From: Octopus sinensis
Taxonomy: Eukaryota
NCBI RefSeq assembly: GCF_006345805.1
Contig: NC_043025.1
Span: forward strand, 10,354,001 to 10,418,000
Length of the DNA: 64,000 nucleotides
Direction: 5' to 3'
The position numbers were made by a program, and so were the translations under genes. Each line of letters opens with the position of its first letter. Positions within the stretch are counted from its first letter, which is position 1. Of the stretch, positions 48,101 to 57,530 are shown piece by piece. Under the pieces are notes generated by a model. It worked only from the letters and a program-made list of their open reading frames with translations. It made no database searches and was not told the origin of the DNA.

Positions 48101-51100
48101 GTCTTCTGTGTTTAGCCCCTTGTGGGTAGTAAAGAAATAGAAATAGGTATTTCGTCTGTCTTTACGTTCTGAGTTCAAATTCCGCTGAGGTCGACTTTGC
48201 CTTTCATCCTTTCGGGGTCGATTAAATAAGTACCAGTTATGCACTGGGGTCGATATAATCGACTTGATTCGTTTGTTTGTCCTCTGTGTTTAGCCCCTTG
48301 TGGGTAATAAAGAAATAGATATATCTATCTTTCCCTCACTGCATTGATTTCCTTGAAAGGAACCTATTTCCATATCTCTGTTTCTCTCTCTTGTAGTCTT
48401 CCTAATGTCTGACTGATCCTTTTGTTTTCCCCTTCTTGCTCTCCTTACAGTTCCATGATGCTGAAGATGCAAAGAAAGCCCTGGAACAACTGAATGGCTT
48501 TGAACTGGCTGGTAGACCAATGAAGGTTGGTCATGTAACAGAGCGAACCGCTGAAAATCAGGTGGCCTCTATACTGGACAGTGATGACATGGATAGGGCT
48601 GGAATTGATCTTGGTGCTACACGCAGACTTCAGCTTATGGCCAAGTTGGCTGAAGGTACGTCTTGCTTTTCTTTGTCTATTGTTGTGCTGTGGGTTTTAT
48701 GTGTATAGTTGTATGTGTAGACTGGCTTCCGTGCTGGTGGCACGTAAAATGCACCATCCAAATCGTGGCCGATGCCAGCGCCGCCTTGACTGGCTTCCGT
48801 GCGGGTGGCATGTAAAATGCACCAATCCAATCGTGGCCGTTGCCAGCCTCGTCTGGCACCTGTGCCGGTGGCACGTAAAAAGCACCATCCGAATCGTGGC
48901 CGATGCCAGTGCTGCCTTGACTGGCTTCCGTGCCGGTGGCACGTAAAAAGCACCATCTGAATCGTGGCCGATGCCAGTGCTGCCTTGACTGGCTTCCGTG
49001 CCGGTGGCACGTAAAAAGCACCATCTGAATCGTGGCCAATGCCAGTACCTCCTTGACTGGCTTCCGTGCAGGTGGCACGTAATATGCACCAATCTGATTG
49101 TGGCCATTGTAAGCCTTGTCTGGCATCTGTGCCGGTGGCACGTAAAAAGCACCCTCTACACTCATGGAGTGGTTGGCGTTAGGAAGGGCATCCAGCTGTA
49201 GAAACACTGCCAGATGAGACTGGAGCCTGGTGCAGCCTTCTGGCTTCCCAGATCCCCGGTCGAACCGTCCAACCCATGCTAGCATGAAGAACGGACGTTA
49301 AACGATGATGATGATGATGTAGGTAGTTGACTGTTACAAAGTACGTCTGTGTGTGGGTGTAGATGACTGGATTTGTGTATGTATGTTTGGAATACTCAAT
49401 GTCTGTGTTGCTAAATTTGATTGTTGAATTTGTGTATATAATTCGTCCTCATCATCATCGTTTAGCGTCCGCTTTCCATGCTGGCATGGGTTGGACGGTG
49501 CAACAGGGGTCTGGGAAGCCAGAAGGCTGCACCAGGCCCAGTCTGGTCTGGCAGTGTTTCTACGGCTGGATGCCCTTCCTAACACCAACCATTCCATGAG
49601 TGTATGAGTGTAGTGGGTGCTTTTTACATGCCACCGGCAAAGGTGCCAGACGAGGCTGGCAAACGGCCACGATCGGATGGTGCTTTTTACGTGCCACGGA
49701 AGCCAGTCGGGGCGGTGCCGGCAACGGCCACGTTCGGATGATACCCTTATGTACCACCGGCACTGGTATCACAGCTACAATTTCCATTGATGTTGATCAA
49801 TTTTGATTTTGACTTATAATTGACTATATAATTATAATTATTATTATTATCATTCAGGCCACAACCTGGCAGAATCATTAGCATGCCAGGCGAAATGCTT
49901 AGCAGCGTTCTGTTTACCCCTATGTTCTGAGTTCAAATTCTGGCGAGGTGGACATCACTTTTCATCTTTTTGGGGGTCGATAAATTAAATACCAAGTGAA
50001 ACACGGGGTGGTGGTGGTGGCAGGGTTACAACTCATTTGGGCCAGCTGAGAAAATGAGAAAGATCTCATATGAGGGCATGAAAATCTGTTTATGAGTGTT
50101 AATCCGGTCTTAACAGTGGCATTTGTGGGTCTCACAGATCTGAAGGCCAAGTCCCCAGATAAACACTGATGTGCAGGCTATTGTTATCAAACTGTTTTTT
50201 CTCTAGGAAGATCATTAGATAAATGGACAACCCAGAATTGGATAATGCAGTACGTAGGGTTCGGACTCTTCAAATAGGTTTGTCAACGTAAATTTGATTA
50301 GTCTTCATCAGCTGCATTTACCTAGGCAGTATTTCAAATGTTGCTACATCAATGCCAGTATACTCGCCTGAACACTTAGCCGTTAACAGAACGGGAACAG
50401 TGAAAAAGTTTTCAATGAAGAATCGGAGACCCCCTTCGGTCACGACACAGACCATGGGATTACACCTAGAAAGTTACCCTCCTAGACACAAATCCGGGCA
50501 AGGTTGTTTATGGAAGACCAACAGTCGCCCATGCATACCGGTCTCCCCTCTCCACGTCACCGATGTTGTCCAAGGGAAAGGCAAAGGGGCCGATACAGCT
50601 TGGCACCAGTGACGTCGCAACTCATTTCTACAGCTGAGTGAACTGGAGCAACGTGAAATAAAGTGCCTTGCTCAAGAACACAACACGCAGCCCGGTCTGG
50701 GATTCGAGCTCACAACCTCACGATCGTAAGCTCGATGCTCTAACCACTGAGCCATGCGCCTTCACATGAAGAATAAAATATATGAAAATGTTTATAATGT
50801 GTTGAGATAACTAATCAGTGTTTGTGTATGTTTTTTTATTTGTAGGTACTGGCTTCCAGATCCCACAATATGTGGCCAATGCCCTCAACATGAACTCATC
50901 CGGAGACACTGCTACACCACCACCAACTCCAGCTCCTAATCTATCTACCCAGTCACCAACGCCCATGCTACAAGCAAGCGCTGCTGCAGCGGCTGCTGCT
51001 GCTCTTGTCAATCTGACCAGTTCGGCACCGGTTGGTGTTACTGCTGGTGGTGCCAGCGGAAGTATTGCTGGTGGTGGAGGCGGTGGCGGCGGCAGTGGAG

Positions 51101-54100
51101 GCCTTGGTGGTGTCGGCGGTGTCGGTGCTGTTGGCACCGTTGGCAGTGTTGGTAGCGTTGGTGGTGGTGGCAGCAGTGGTACAGGCGGCAGTACTACCAC
51201 AGGTCAGCCCACACAGGCTGCTAATGGACCACCAATCCCCACACAGTGTTTCATGTTGGCTAACATGTTTGACCCTTCTTCGTGAGTACACATTTTTAAC
51301 CTTTTTTGTTGTTTTATTTGCTAATTCATTCCTGATCTTGCTGACCCGTTAATCAGGTGACATACCAGATGGTGACCATCACCGACCTTATCATTGTTTT
51401 CTCATCTGCCCTTTCTATGCTGAATGGACATTACATTAGGGTATGCCTGTCACAAACCCTAGATTTCATAAAGTCAAGCTGAGCGGCGCTGCTGCTCTTT
51501 GTCAATCTGACCAGTTCGGCACGGTTGGTGTTGCTGGCTGTGGTGCCAGCGGAAGTATTGCTGGTGGTTGGAGCCGGCGGTGGCGGCGGCAGTGGAGGCC
51601 TTGGTGGTGTCGCGCGGTTGTCGGTGCTGTTGCGCACCGTTGGCAGTGTTGTAGCGTTGGTGGTGGTGGCAGCAGTGGTAGCAGGCGGCAGTACTACCAC
51701 AGGTCAGCCCACACAGGCTGCTAATGCGACCACCAATCCCCACACAGTGTTTCATGTTGGCTAACATGTTTGACCCTTCTTCGTGAGTGAGTACACCATT
51801 TTTAACCTTTTTGTTGTTTATTGCTAATTCATTCCTGATCTTGCTGACCCGTTAATCAGGTGACATACCAGATGGTGACCATCACCGACCTTATCATTGT
51901 TTTCTCATCTGCCCTTTCTATGCTGAATGGACATTACATTAGGGTATGCCTGTCACAAACCCTAGATTTCATAAAGTCAAGCTTAGCCCACATAAGTGAA
52001 ATTACAACATTGACCCTCTTAACAAGATGCCAGACTTTTGTCCCCAAAGTCCATCCCCTCCTCACCGTGGTGGGGATGCTGGCAATGGTAGTGTCAGAGC
52101 TATGCCGTCGGGAACTTCAGTTCCTGGTAGGGCCACCTAAGGCGGATTGGTCTGACACCAAGTGGTATTAGGGCCACAACCCAGCAGATGGGGCTCTGGT
52201 GAAAATTCTCAGAGTGTCTGCTTCGGCAACCGGCGGCTCCTTGGTTGTTCTGTCCCTGCGTCTGCGGACAATCTGCGGCAAACAGGATGTCTCCACATGC
52301 GAGATTGTTGGGGACCGCTTGTGAAATCCACATATTCCCACGAAACTTCTTCCATAAGTAGAAGAAGCCGACTCAACCCACCCAGGGTGAATATCGCCAC
52401 AAGTACAAGTAAAGACTGTTGTGGCAGACACCTGTAGGTGAGAAGTGGACTGACACGGTCGGCGAAGGACCAGTCTGTAAGATGATGAAATATGCCGTCA
52501 TCATGGGACACATCACAGACCATTGCAGGGTTAGCTTCACAGCTATTGCTGGTACTCCTTTACAGCTGAGTGGACTGGAGCAATGTGAAATGAAGTGTTT
52601 TACTCAAAAACACAATGTAGTGCCATGTCCAGGAATTGAAACTATGATTTTTATGACCATGAGTGTAACAACTTAACCATGAAGCTATATATCATCACAT
52701 TGTCGACATAGTATTTCCTCTCCTCAACCAGTTTCTCTGATCTTTTGCAATAACTGGGCATATTTTATTTTTAACCCTTTAGTGTTCAGATTATTTAATC
52801 AAACATAATGCTTATTGATTCCCATTGATTTGGATTAATCATGCATTATCTCATATCTTCAAGATCTTGATGGTGTAATTATTTAATGTAGAATAACATT
52901 GTAGGGTAGGTGTGAGAGCCTGGATCTGGTCAGTTTGAACATAAAACAGATTAGTTATTTTGGCCGGATATGGCCGGTTTAAATACTAAAGGGTTAAACT
53001 GGCTATATCCGGCCCAAATATTCTGCTCATTTTATGCTCAAACTGGCCAGAAACAGTATCTCACACTTACCCTACAATGTCATTCTACGAATAAACAATT
53101 ACATCTTTCAAATCTTGAAGCTACAAGATAATACCAGATGAACTTTTAAAAAATGTAAATGAATAAGGATTACTTTTGACATTAATTTGAATGCTAAAGG
53201 GTTAAGCACATCAACAATGGCCAAACACTGTAAAAGGTTGCAAGTGTTCTGCTCATGACTATCTTGTCTGTTTAGTGGCTGTGTTATCCAGCGTATCCTT
53301 CTTTTGTTCAAGACAGGAGCCGTTCAATTTTTAGCAAGATTTAGCTGCTAGATCTAGCGAGTCAAAGGCATGTAGTCTTGCTTTTTGTGTTATTGTTGAT
53401 TGTCATAGTAGTGGTGTTGGTGGTGGTGGCTGTTATGTCTTGCTAGTTGAGATACCATATACGGACTCCCTTGTCTTCATGTTTGTATATTCTCTCCTTC
53501 TCTTCTATCTCTCTCTTTCCATCTCCCCTCCTTTTTATTCTCATCTTTATTTCCCTCTGTCTCTGTTTCTGTCTCTTCATCTACCCCCTCTTTCTCTCTT
53601 TTTCTTTATCTCTCCCCATACTCTCTTTCCCTCTCCTTTTCTCTGTTTTTATCTCACTTTCTCTCTCTTCATCTTCCCCTCTTTCTCTACCTTTCTGCCT
53701 CTCCCTTTCCCTCTCTCTCTCTCTCTCTTCATCTACCCCCCTCTCTCTCTCTCTCTCTCGCTGTCATCCCCTCTTTCTCTTTATCTCTCTCCATACTCTC
53801 TTTCCCTCTTCTTTTCTCTGTTTTTTATCTCACTTTCTCTCTTCATCTTCCCCTCTTTCTCTACCTTTCTGCTTCTCCCTTTCCCTTTATCTCTCCCTCT
53901 CTCTCTCTGTGCCTCTGTCTCCCTGCTCTCTCTAACTATGACGTCTCTTCTTCCTTTTGTAGGGAATCCAAGGTGAACTGGGATCAAGAGATCCGAGATG
54001 ATGTCATTGAGGAGTGCAACAAACACGGTGGTGTAGTGCACATCTATGTGGACAAAGCTTCTGTACTGGGCAATGTCTATGTAAAGTGTCCCAATATTGC

Positions 54101-56278
54101 AGCAGCAGTCGCATCTGTCAATGCGCTGCATGGCAGATATTTTGCAGGTAAGCACTTTTGCTGTTGTTTAGCCTTAGGCCATTTGTGTGGTGGTAGCTGG
54201 TCCAGCTGTGAAAATATTAGTTTTTTTTTCAGATTCATAAAAAGGAGTGGCTGTGTGGTAAGTAGCTTGCTTACCAACCACATGGTTCCGGGTTCAGTCC
54301 CACTGCGTGGCATCTTGGGCAAGTGTCTTCTGCTATAGCCTCAGGCCGACCAAAGCCTTGTGAGTGGATTTGGTAGACGGAAACTGAAAGAAGCCTGTCG
54401 TGTATATGTATATATATATATGTGTTTGTGTGTCTGTGTTTGTCCCCCTAGCATTGCTTGACAACCAATGCTGGTGTGTTTACGTCCCCGTCACCTAGCA
54501 GTTCGGCAAAAGAGACCGATAGAATAAGTACTGGGCTTACAAAGAATAAATCCCGGGGTCGATTTGCTCGACTAAAGGCGGTGCTCCAGCATGACTGAAA
54601 CAAGTAAAAAAGAGAAAAGAGAAAAAAGGGTGTATTTAGGACTTTGTGCCCTTTTTTGTTGTTGCTTCCCCCCCACTCCTCTTGTCAGTTCTTGAATCAG
54701 CTGACCTATGGTCAAAGATGCTCCACCTCTCGTGGAACATAGCGTATCCATCCTTGTTGCTTAGCCGCAGATGAAGCAGCTGTATATGGTCACAGGTGTT
54801 GTGGCGATCAACATCCTGTCTTTCTTTGGCTTTTCTTCTATTCTTTTATTTGTCATTTGACTGTAGCCATGCTGGAGCACAGCCTTTAATCAAACAAATG
54901 GGCCCCAGCACTTATTCTTTGTAAGCCTAGTACTTATCGTATCGGTCTCTTGTGCTGAAGCACTAAGTTACACACACCAACATTAGTTGTCAACCGATGG
55001 TGGAGGGACAGACAGACACACCTATGTTATAATTTAGAATAAACAGTAAAAAGTTGTCATTATTGTACTCGGAGTTTCGAATGTTAGATCGAGGAGCTAT
55101 GATACATTCTTGTTGGCTATTAATGGCAACAGACGCTATGAAAAAAAAAACGTTGAATAAGAGGGAAGTTACTCTAATAGGTAGAAAAGATAAAAAGATA
55201 AAAATACACTCAACCATATTCTCACAATACATAGACATAAACCTCCTGCATTCACAACATCTACATACACACATTGGAAGATCTTAGTTAAGTGTAAACC
55301 TTATACCAACGGTAGTGGCAAGGGTGAAAAAAAGTATTCAACTTTTTACTGTGTACTCTAAATTATAACATACTAGCAGTATCGCCCGGCGTTGCTCGGG
55401 TTTGTAAGGGAAATAACTATATAAGCATTTTTAGAGATGTAAAGTATAATAGCCATCTCAATATGGCTAACCACAAAGGCGGGGGGTGTTACTGTAGCTT
55501 TTTACGTTCTGAGATTTAATAATAAATTTTTAGAGAGTTACTTCCCTTATATATGCCAAAAATACATTAAAAATGGGAAAAAATGATGGTAAATTTTTTT
55601 TTAAATCGTAGACTCATTGTAGACGCGCGCTAATACCCAGATGGGGCTCGGTATGAATCACGACTATAAGATACCCGGTTTTGGTTAAACTGCACCGCAA
55701 AATGTGGGAGTAGTTAGGAATCTAAATCGTAGGAGACAGACAGCACACAACCTCACTTTTATATATAACATATTATAACATCTCAGTCATTCGTCATTGC
55801 CTCTGAGAACCCAAAAAAACTTTCAGACTTTGTGCCTATAATAAAATTATTATTAGGCCTTGTGTTTATAGTAGAAAAGATTATTATTATTTCGGCTGAT
55901 ATACCCTCCAGCCTTCATCAGGTGTCTTGGGGAAATTTTGAACCTGGGTTCTCATTACTAAGGTATTTTTCGATGTTGTTGTTATTATTATTCAGTTCAC
56001 TGCCTGGAATTGAACTTGGAATCTTGGGGTTAGTAGCCCGTGCTCTTAACCACTATGCCATATTCTTTTTTCTTTTATTCTTTTACTTGTTTCAGTCATT
56101 TGACTGCGGCCATGCTGGAGCACCGCCTTTAGTCGAGCAAATCGACCCCGGGACTTATTCTTTGTAAGCCCAGTACTTATTCTATCGGCCTCTTTTGCCG
56201 AACCGCTAAGTGACGGGGACGTAAACACACCAGTATCGATTGTCAAGCAGTGCTAGGGGTACAAACACGGACACACAA

Positions 56279-56315
<37 letters not shown>

Positions 56316-56777
56316 CGACGGGCTTCTTTCAGTTTCCATCTACCAAATCCACTCACAAGGCTATGGTCGGCCCGAGGCTATAGTAGAAGACACTTGCCCA
56401 AGATGCCACGCAGTGGGATTGAACCCGGATCCACGTGGTTGGTAAGCAAACTACTTACCACACAGCCACTCCTGCGCCATATGTTCGTCAATTGTAAATA
56501 ATGTACCTAATTCCTCATCTCTTAAATATGGAATAGGATTATTATTGTTTTTTATTTACTAAATTTATTATTTATTCCTCAATAATATTATTATTATTAT
56601 TATTCTTATTTTTCAGGCAAGCTGATAACTGCTGCGTATGTGCCACTGCCCAACTATCACGCTTTGTTTCCAGAGGCAGTCCGCGCAAACCAACTCCTAT
56701 TGCCCTCCACTCAGGCTCTCCAGTACAGTTATGGGACGGCACTCTACCCTGGGATGCCTCCCAATATTTCACGGTGA
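35691..56777 (+). CDS. RBM39: RNA-binding protein 39 (RBM39/CAPER/Caper) splicing factor, 5'-partial; join(35691..35783,41944..42198,43248..43365,44754..45044,45889..45954,48451..48655,50846..51281,53963..54147,56617..56777)
   Basis: Nine GT-AG exons with matching phases (2,2,2,0,0,0,1,2,1) total 1810 nt, giving 602 aa plus TGA. The translation contains RBM39 motifs EERDARTIFCMQLSARIRPRDLEEFF, PMRLYVGSLHFNITEEMLRGIFEPFG, ALEQLNGFELAGRPMKVGHVT, QCFMLANMFDP and IRDDVIEECNKHGGVVHIYVDK. RBM39/RBM23 is a vertebrate duplication, so this is the single invertebrate orthologue type. Confidence 0.97.
36695..36921. mobile_element. piggyBac-type MITE family G; other copies at about 18641-18862, 29490-29703, 32670-32883 and 52771-53205 (pair)
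   Basis: TTAA-CCCTTTAG termini ending CTAAAGGG-TTAA; shared ggccatatccggcc and accctacaat body. Confidence 0.75.
40664..41050 (-). mobile_element. tRNA-Arg-derived SINE family D inserted into a family F MITE with an 11-bp TSD; other - copies at 15813-15978, 59812-60167 and 61122-61406
   Basis: Head GGCGCAATGGCCCAGTGGTTAGGGCAGCGGACTCGCGGTC...GGTTTCGATTCCC (TCG anticodon-like); TSD aattttaaata at 40653-40663 and 41051-41061. Confidence 0.85.
41318..41725. mobile_element. MITE with about 28-bp TIRs and an internal (TTAGGG)3
   Basis: ggatcttttcgctttgaacggcagttttt and aaaaactgccgttcaaaccgaaaagaccc; telomeric hexamers at 41411-41428. Confidence 0.7.
41944..42198 (+). CDS. RBM39: RBM39 exon, RS domain part 2 (SPDRRSRREKAERKRSRSRE...SKSPLRSYEFV)
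   Basis: Long pyrimidine tract then gtgaag|aagccc; donor cag|gtaagt; 255 nt, phase 2-2. Confidence 0.92.
43248..43365 (+). CDS. RBM39: RBM39 exon, start of RRM1 (EPGPELSPEERDARTIFCMQLSARIRPRDLEEFFSSVGK)
   Basis: tttctag|g ... aag|gtaatg; 118 nt; near-identical to the known RBM39 motif. Confidence 0.96.
43790..44140 (+). mobile_element. Helentron/DINE-like interspersed element
   Basis: aaatccatccagcggttcttgagatatc, an (acaa)n stretch and 3' hairpin acctcc...ggcagaggt followed by taataa. Confidence 0.45.
44754..45044 (+). CDS. RBM39: RBM39 exon, RRM1 end to RRM2 start (VRDVRLITDNKTRRSKGIAYVEF...EEMLRGIFEPFGK)
   Basis: ctatag|gtt ... aag|gtaaag; 291 nt, phase 0-0; RNP1 KGIAYVEF and RNP2 LYVGSL. 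Confidence 0.97.
45085..45630 (-). mobile_element. CR1 clade LINE 3' end, about 40 nt downstream of an RBM39 donor
   Basis: YPERLTSLGMDTLKLRRLAADL..THKII..LFKLHPSNTRGHIYKVRK..RKHFFTLRV; (ATT)n tail on the minus strand. Confidence 0.85.
45889..45954 (+). CDS. RBM39: RBM39 exon, RRM2 (IDDIKLIKDHESGRLQGYGFIT)
   Basis: tgtttcag|att ... aca|gtaagt; 66 nt, phase 0-0; RNP1 GYGFIT. Confidence 0.95.
47725..48318 (+). mobile_element. tRNA-derived SINE family C, tandem trimer; other copies at about 6270-6430 (+), 23352-23555 (-), 23878-24040 (-), 27897-28175, 44140-44340 (-) and 49860-50020 (+)
   Basis: B box gagttcaaattcc, central gtcgactttgcctttcatcctttcggggtcga (resembles the Meta domain, from memory), tail aagaaatag. 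Confidence 0.8.
48451..48655 (+). CDS. RBM39: RBM39 exon, RRM2 end and linker (FHDAEDAKKALEQLNGFELAGRPMKVGHVT...LQLMAKLAE)
   Basis: ccttacag|ttc ... gaag|gtacgt; 205 nt, phase 0-1. Confidence 0.96.
48720..49320 (+). mobile_element. (GAT)n-tailed SINE family B with seven tandem 5' subunits; + copies also at 19627-19808, 36149-36400 and 38553-38841
   Basis: Core gtgccggtggcacgtaaaaagcacc repeated, body gttggcgttaggaagggcatccagc, tail gatgatgat. Confidence 0.85.
49449..49790 (-). mobile_element. SINE family B; - copies also at about 3755-3960, 4165-4470, 5898-6170, 29059-29290, 30741-31010 and 46825-47035
   Basis: (CAT)n followed by cgtttagcgtccgctttccatgc, the reverse complement of family B. 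Confidence 0.85.
50425..50765 (-). mobile_element. tRNA-derived SINE family E; second copy at 44343-44654, degenerate copies near 17000-17130 and 52545-52690
   Basis: Head gtgaaggcgcatggctcagtggttagagc...gagctcgaatccc; shared central ttgagcaaggcactttatttcacgttgctccagttcac. Confidence 0.8.
50846..51281 (+). CDS. RBM39: RBM39 exon, Pro/Thr-, Ala- and Gly-rich linker to UHM start (GTGFQIPQ...PTQCFMLANMFDPS)
   Basis: ttgtag|gt ... ttc|gtgagt; 436 nt, phase 1-2; open frame with conserved ends. Confidence 0.93.
51481..51983 (+). repeat. Tandem, frameshifted duplicate of about 50986-51480 (3' half of the Gly-rich exon plus intron start); probable assembly artefact
   Basis: About 20 differences, mostly single-base indels; last 170 bp or so identical; no acceptor site. 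Confidence 0.9.
52066..52412 (+). mobile_element. Short RTE-derived element: RTE 5' UTR-like segment joined to an RTE 3' tail
   Basis: gagctatgccgtcgggaac...cctggtagggccacc resembles RTE 5' UTRs (from memory); the 3' end gtagaagaagccgactcaacccacccagggtgaatatcgccacaagtacaagtaaa matches the 58.2-kb RTE end. Confidence 0.55.
53455..53960 (+). repeat. CT-rich tract of about 500 nt with an internal duplication, upstream of the UHM exon
   Basis: No AG dinucleotide seen between 53452 and 53960; a roughly 130-bp block recurs near 53585 and 53768. Confidence 0.85.
53963..54147 (+). CDS. RBM39: RBM39 exon, UHM/RRM3 (ESKVNWDQEIRDDVIEECNKHGG...ALHGRYFA)
   Basis: ctaac branch point, ttttgtag|g ... gcag|gtaagc; 185 nt, phase 2-1. 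Confidence 0.96.
55373..55768 (-). mobile_element. Non-autonomous Helitron-like element, copy 2
   Basis: Same sequence and termini as 29780-30177. Confidence 0.7.
56617..56777 (+). CDS. RBM39: RBM39 last coding exon (GKLITAAYVPLPNYHALFPEA...PPNISR*)
   Basis: tttttcag|gc; TGA at 56775-56777; matches the conserved ITAAYVPLP.YH.LFP motif. Confidence 0.93.
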
Positions 56778-57491
56778 TCCACGCTCAACACCACCACCAC
56801 CACCACCACCACTTCCATCTCCACCTCTTCCTTCTCCTCCGACCACCACCACCATAACTTATCTCCTCCTCCTTCGCCTTCACTTTCTCTTTTACTGTAA
56901 TACTTTTCAATTTTTAATTCATCACCATCTCTTTCTTCCTTGTACCTCCTCTATTTTCTTTTCATCTCCTGCAATCACCTTTCTGTCTGTCTGTCTGTCT
57001 CTCATCCCTGGGGACGGTCTCTTTCCTTTCTCCTCTTCCTCTCAATTCCTCACCAGCCTCTCATTCTCTCTCTCTCTCTCCCTCTCTAATTTTATGTGAG
57101 ATAAGTTGTTTGTTGGGGTGGAGGGGAGGAAGAAGAGGTGGGCCATTCATCACTCATAAATTTTCACTTCATCGAATGCCACTTATTTTGCTCCTCTCCT
57201 GTTCCTTTCCCCCTCTCCTGTCATGATCACCCACCCTTACTGCAGCCTGCCCCACTCCACCTCCAACATCATCCTTCAGTTCCTCCTCTTCCTACTGCTA
57301 CTCCCCCACTTCTCAAAATTAAAAAAAACAAAACAAAAACTGTAAAGATATGTTTAGTAAAACCTTTTTTTTTTCTATGTGCTTCTCTTTAATGATTCAT
57401 TAACTAATAATTAAAACAACTTTGGAGACATCTTTTTGTTTGTTGTTTCTTTTCTTTTATTAATTGTTGTTTTAACCCCCCCCCCCCTCAG

Positions 57492-57530
57492 GTCAGCTGA
57501 TACTTGGGTACTCTTATTGTGTGTACACAG
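57492..57530 (+). other. Candidate alternative 3' exon (39 nt, phase 1-1; GQLILGYSYCVYT if joined to the UHM exon)
   Basis: T/C tract + ctcag|gt acceptor and consensus donor cag|gtaagt; its start resembles the start of the last coding exon. Confidence 0.3.

Noticed and set aside
57300-57420. ATTAAA hexamers as the RBM39 poly(A) signal
   Set aside because: Several AT-rich candidates and no canonical AATAAA close to the stop; cannot be assigned without 3' end data
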